Assembly: GCA_009103225.1 (NCBI GenBank)
Contig: RHPI01001037.1
Coordinates: 1,732,551-1,796,550 of the forward strand
Direction: 5' to 3'
Length of the DNA stretch: 64,000 nt
Source: Chlorokybus atmophyticus
Lineage: Eukaryota > Plantae > Mesostigma and Chlorokybus algae
Below, one piece after another: positions 59,221 through 64,000 of this stretch. The notes beneath the pieces are model-generated. The model was not told the origin of the DNA. It did not search any database and saw only the letters and a list, made by a program, of their open reading frames with translations. The position numbers and the translations under genes were made by a program. Positions within the stretch are counted from its first letter, which is position 1. Every line of letters begins with the position of its first letter.

Positions 59221-61772
59221 CTACTCAGTGCGTGCATCACGGACATCGGGTGTCTGCGGCGATGTCGGCATCCGCTCCTGTGCCTGCGAAGGCGAAGCCG
59301 GAGGCGTCACTTCTTCTTTTTCATCTTGCTTAGGGCCAGAGTCATGATCATCATGTACAACAACTGTGCTCTGCCTTTGTTGTTGGACATTCTCGCTGCC
59401 TCCCCCGACACATGCCATGGATATCCGTGAGATGGCGCTGGCGATATCCTTGCTGGCCGCGCAAATATCAGCCTGCCGGAGCCGCATCTGCGACATCTTT
59501 TCTCTGAGAGTAATTACTTCACGCAGATGCGCTCTTTCCCTTAGCTTCGCCTCAGTGTTTTCTGCTCTTAGTGCTTCTGCCTCTAATACTTTTCGGTCAA
59601 GCTGAGCCCTTAGCATGGCGCTCGCCTGATGCTGCTGCTGGATATCGCCCTGCAGAGCAGATATCTCTCTCACCTTGTCTTGCACTTCGTGCGTCAATCG
59701 CTCCACCTCAGCAGACTTCTCGAGCAACAGACTCCTTACAGCATTCAGCTCCTGCACACAGACTTCAGTTGCAAGGACTCTCTCTCTCTCTCTCTGTTGT
59801 AAGGACTCTCTCTCTCTGTCTCTCTCTCGCTCTCTTCTACACACACACGGACAGAAGCGGAGTTTACTCTTGCGTTTCACAAACTAACAACTTGCCTCTG
59901 TGGTTGCCGACGCAAGTGCGTGAAGGCTTTTTATGTGCTCCTGCGCTTGCTGTAGCCCCTGCATAAGCACTGCCTGCACGGCAAATGCAGCACACACTTA
60001 GACAGAAAGCCAATCTTGATGCGCAGATTCTTGTAATGTACACATACACGCATCCTACATACGTGTGCACATACCAGGTCGTGTTCGGCACGGTCGCGCT
60101 CCTTGTTGATCTTCTCCATACCAGACCTGATGCAGCTGAGGCTCGCTTCCAAGTCTGACGCCGCTTTGTGGGCGTGCTGCAGCTTCTTCTCTGCAAACAC
60201 AACATATAACAACATGACCTCAGGCTGACAGTGCTCTGCATTGTGTGTGTCTCAACAGGAATCAAGGGTACTCCTGCTGAAGTATTGCATGCATGCATGC
60301 ATGTGGTGTGAGCTGTGTAACAACGTGATCAGCAATCCACTTGTGTCTGTCTTGCCAGAACAGGTGACCTGCTTCTTGCGCAGTGCGCATGGCCGTCTCT
60401 GCTGAGCTTATTGCCTTGTCCGCACGCTCACGCTGTGTGTGTGAGACACACAACAATCAGCAGCAAGCCTATCGTCTCTCTAACGTGTTGGTGTTACAGA
60501 AGCGATTTCTTAGTGACTACTTCAACAACACAAGTCGCATCACCAGCTGCTGTCAAATGCCTCGCATGCATGTTGGGCTGAGTGTCTTACAGGCATGCAT
60601 GCATGTATGCATGTTGACCTGCATGCATATCTGCATGCATGCCAACTTGCCTCGGCGGCGGCCTCCATCCTGGCGGCCTCCCTGGCCTCCTCCGCGTCGT
60701 CCCTCTCCTTCCCCGTCTGGTTCAGTAGGCCCCGCAGCTGTCGGCTCTCCTCCGCCAGGGCCTCCCTGCGCTCCTCCGCCTCCGCCGCCAGCCTGTCGTT
60801 GTACTTGTCACTGTCAGCATGGGCAGAGAGAGAGAGAGGCACTCATCACCATGTACATGTGCTTGCCTTCTGGCGGCGTGGGCGGCGGCGTCGTTGCTGC
60901 GGGCGGCCGCCTGCGCCTCCTTCAGCTGCTGACGGAGGTTGTTGGTGATGAGACTGTGGTTGAGGTTGTTGCTCGTGCCGGCAACCATCACACCGCCACC
61001 AACTGACGCCCAAAAGCGGCCAAGTACCACTGTGCATGCGTTTATGACAGTGGAAGCAAGCTGCAGTGCCATCCTCGATGTGATATGGCTAATTATGCAT
61101 GGGATACTAGCAGCAACTTTAGCAACTTACGCCACTCCTACAACCGCACAACAGGCAGGCAGCAGTTCACCACACCGACTTCCATTGCGTCATGTAAGCC
61201 ACATCAGCTAGCGCAGTAATGGGGGTGGGACGTACTCACTGNNNNNNNNNNNNNNNNNNNNNNNNNNNNNNNNNNNNNNNNNNNNNNNNNNNNNNNNNNN
61301 NNNNNNNNNNNNNNNNNNNNNNNNNNNNNNNNNNNNNNNNNNNNNNNNNNNNNNNNNNNNNNNNNNNNNNNNNNNNNNNNNNNNNNNNNNNNNNNNNNNN
61401 NNNNNNNNNNNNNNNNNNNNNNNNNNNNNNNNNNNNNNNNNNNNNNNNNGATATGAGCCCGTGCAGCTCGCAACGCTGTTATGGATTGGTACGAGTCTGT
61501 TACGCTTACGTTGTTGCTAACTCTCCTGCTAGCCATCAATCAATCAGTCATAGTTTTGCAAGGGTGTCTCCATTCAAATCCCCCCGGCTATGTGCATGCT
61601 TGCAGCAGCCAGTCACGCACATGGAGACAGGACGCGCAGGGAGCATCCATGCCTGCCGTACACGCATGCGTACTGACCCAAACCCTAAGACCGCATTTAA
61701 TTGCACGATGGTGGACGGGCGGGAGGTGGTGGCGGAGGAGGGGGAGTCCGTTGGGTCTGCTGCTGCTGGCAT
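59221..61772 (-). CDS. Uncharacterised coiled-coil protein (multi-exon; interrupted by a gap; 5' end uncertain)
   Basis: Heptad-rich exons (ELNAVRSLLLEKSAEVERLTHEVQDKVREIS; EKKLQHAHKAASDLE; RLAAEAEERREALAEESRQLR) with a Pro/Ser-rich tail ending at the stop at 59221. Confidence 0.7.
59775..59835. repeat. Interrupted (CT)n/(AG)n microsatellite within an intron
   Basis: CTCT runs separated by a duplicated AGGACT unit. Confidence 0.7.
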
Positions 61773-62601
61773 CGCTGCAAGGGTTGAGCGCTAACCAGCG
61801 GCCGTGGTGCAGGTAACTCGGTCTGCATGCATGCATGCATGACTAACAGGGTGGGGTAGTTAGTTAATTGGTGTAGAGTCATTAGTTGTTCCCGGTGGTG
61901 GTCGGCTTGAGGTATGTATGTGTGAAGTGTTGATGCATGTGAATGTTGAACATGTTGAATGTGTGTAAAGCATTGTTGCCATGTCAACTAGTGTCGTAAA
62001 TCTTTATACACGCGCACCTACGCATGCAGGTCTTATGATAGCTTTCATCACCAGTACCCGCAGCAAGTATCCCTCAGCAGCAGGTGAGACACTTCTCATT
62101 GTGATAGCTAAATGATCAACAACCATTTCCTTGCTTCAGATGCACTCTGTCACAAGATACAGATGCAACCCTCAACTTCTCAATCTCTTCATCTCATACC
62201 AAAAGTGTCACCTACATAAAGTGCCCAGACTGCATACTGATCTGACGACGCGTAATGGTATGCTAGAAGTAAACATGGAATAAGGCTCACACATGGCCAG
62301 CACACACGACTCCAATGCTTGCTTACTGCTAGAGTAAATGCCACAAGCAAGTTGGACGCCACAACATCACCATAACTATAACGGCAGGCACTGATTGCTG
62401 CAGCCGCACAACTTGGGTCTGCAGAGATATTATCCCGTCAGTCTTGGTGGGCTTATTGCTGTGCAGCAACTGCTACAGGGGTAGACCGCATCTAAGCATA
62501 GTACAACGCAGCCCTACACCTAAGGGTGCCAAAGCAAGCTACCTGCTGCTTCAAAAACGTTCCCGCAATTGCCTGGAAGCATCGTACAATGAGTCTACCG
62601 C

Positions 62602-63727
62602 TCAACCCTCAAGTTCGAACGCATGTCCATTGGCGAGGGGTGAAGGTGGGGCCTGCGGGGGAGAGGGAGGCGAGGGCGTGAGCGGGCCGAGCTCCTCCTG
62701 CGAAGATTGTGGCGTGGTGGCTGCAGGTTGTGACCTGGGTGTGGAGGGTGGGGAGAGGGCCGACACGAAGCGCTTCAGCGAGAGCGCTAGCGACTCGAAC
62801 GGACCCACGTGGCGCATGTCGACATCCTGCAGCGCCTCCACCTTGTCGTCCTCGATGTAGGACACGAGGAGCCTGTGCGTGGCGGCCTTGTCGCTCTGCT
62901 CCTGTTGAAGATGAAGCACATACGCTCCGAGCTTCAGGGCCTCGACCACCGTCAAGAAGTACTTAGTCCGGAAACGCCGTGCGCACCGCTGCCATCTTGC
63001 GGCCAGCTGGCTTGCACTCTGATGATCAGCGTGCAGTCGGGTGAGTTTACTCTGCAGCGTTGAGCGATCGGTGTGGACTTCAGTCAGTTTGCCATTCAGG
63101 TGACGCACTTCATCCCGCTCGACATATAACTGTTCCCTCAGGCTGCTGATCAAACCCTCAGACGCCAATAGCCTCTGCTCGCAAGCATGGCAGGCCTGCA
63201 CAAGTATGCGCAGCGTGAACACAAGTGCGCGCACACGGCACAAACGCTTGCACGGTTCTGTATGGCATGCTGCCATTGAGATGCGTTCATACCAGGATAT
63301 TCGCTTGCAAAAATTTGGAGTAATTCTGCGTGGTCTCCTCTGCAGCATCCAGGCGCGCTTGCATCTCAGCCTGGCAATAACCCGTTATTATGTGATGCAC
63401 AACACATTGCTCAATGAACGCTTGATGACATTGAGTTGCCATCACCTGAGTAGTCTGCACCGCAGTGTTGAGGCGTTGTTGCAACTCAGCCTGCCAAGTT
63501 ATCCCGCAATGGTAAGCACACACACTCATACAACAGTTGCATGCTTGCTTCAAGTCCGTTAGCACCACCTTCTCCTTGTCGGCAGTCTCACGCGCACACA
63601 TCGCCTCATCGCGCTCTTTTTGCAGCGTCAACTGCACTGCTTGCAACAATTCCTTTTTGACTTCCAACTCGCTCACTTGCCGCTGCATTGACGTCATGCG
63701 CAATGAAGCCACACGCTCTGTACGCAC
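62602..63727 (-). CDS. Uncharacterised coiled-coil protein, 3' part (gene probably continues beyond the window)
   Basis: Exons QRQVSELEVKKELLQAVQLTLQKERDEA, AELQQRLNTAVQ and LISSLREQLYVERDEVRHLNGKL..., with a Pro-rich tail ending at the stop at 62602. Confidence 0.7.
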
Positions 63728-64000
63728 AGCAGCCCATGTGGCAGGTGATTATGATGACTATGCATGCTTGCATGACGGATGGGGTGTAGCGGTAGTATAG
63801 GAAGTAGCTAAGTTGGTAGGAGTAGATGAGCCCGGTGGTTAATAGAACATGCCTATGTGGCTGCCTGCTGCGTGCATGTTGTGTGAGCGTGACACTATGT
63901 GCATGTACTATGCATGCACCACCCCACATCGCAGATTGTGTACAAACGGTGTTGCCCCCTGCTTTGCAACGTCTGGCAAACACAGCACATGTCTAACGCC

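Overview
Eukaryotic nuclear DNA, most likely a green alga. The evidence is short GT-AG introns, plant/algal-type KUP, MATE, PHT4 and TRM1 genes with plastid transit-peptide-like N-termini, and TGTAA motifs downstream of some stops; species cannot be determined. Host genes in order: a 5'-truncated NAD(P) transhydrogenase in beta-alpha domain order (+), a DinF-type MATE (-), a KUP/HAK potassium transporter (+), a PHT4;5-like anion transporter (-), an organellar TRM1 (-) head-to-head with a BK/Slo-type K+ channel (+), and two or three uncharacterised, mostly coiled-coil genes (-). The accessory region at ~25.4-38.1 kb is a decayed AcademX-like DNA transposon. It has a spliced gene encoding coiled coil + Academ transposase + XPG/PIN nuclease + Cys-rich finger. 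It also carries two cargo genes: a spliced zinc-finger / Tudor / phage-type C5 DNA methyltransferase fusion, and a convergent coiled-coil/acidic gene. A 524-bp TRIM (79-bp LTRs, PBS, PPT, 5-bp TSD) interrupts the transposase ORF and has a tRNA-type Pol III promoter split between LTR and internal region. Also present: a hAT-type MITE with an 8-bp TSD, several perfect palindromes, GC-AG introns, and an apparent intron gain by tandem duplication in TRM1. All exon structures and family calls were made by eye from recalled motifs; no searches were run, and coordinates of uncertain ends are approximate.
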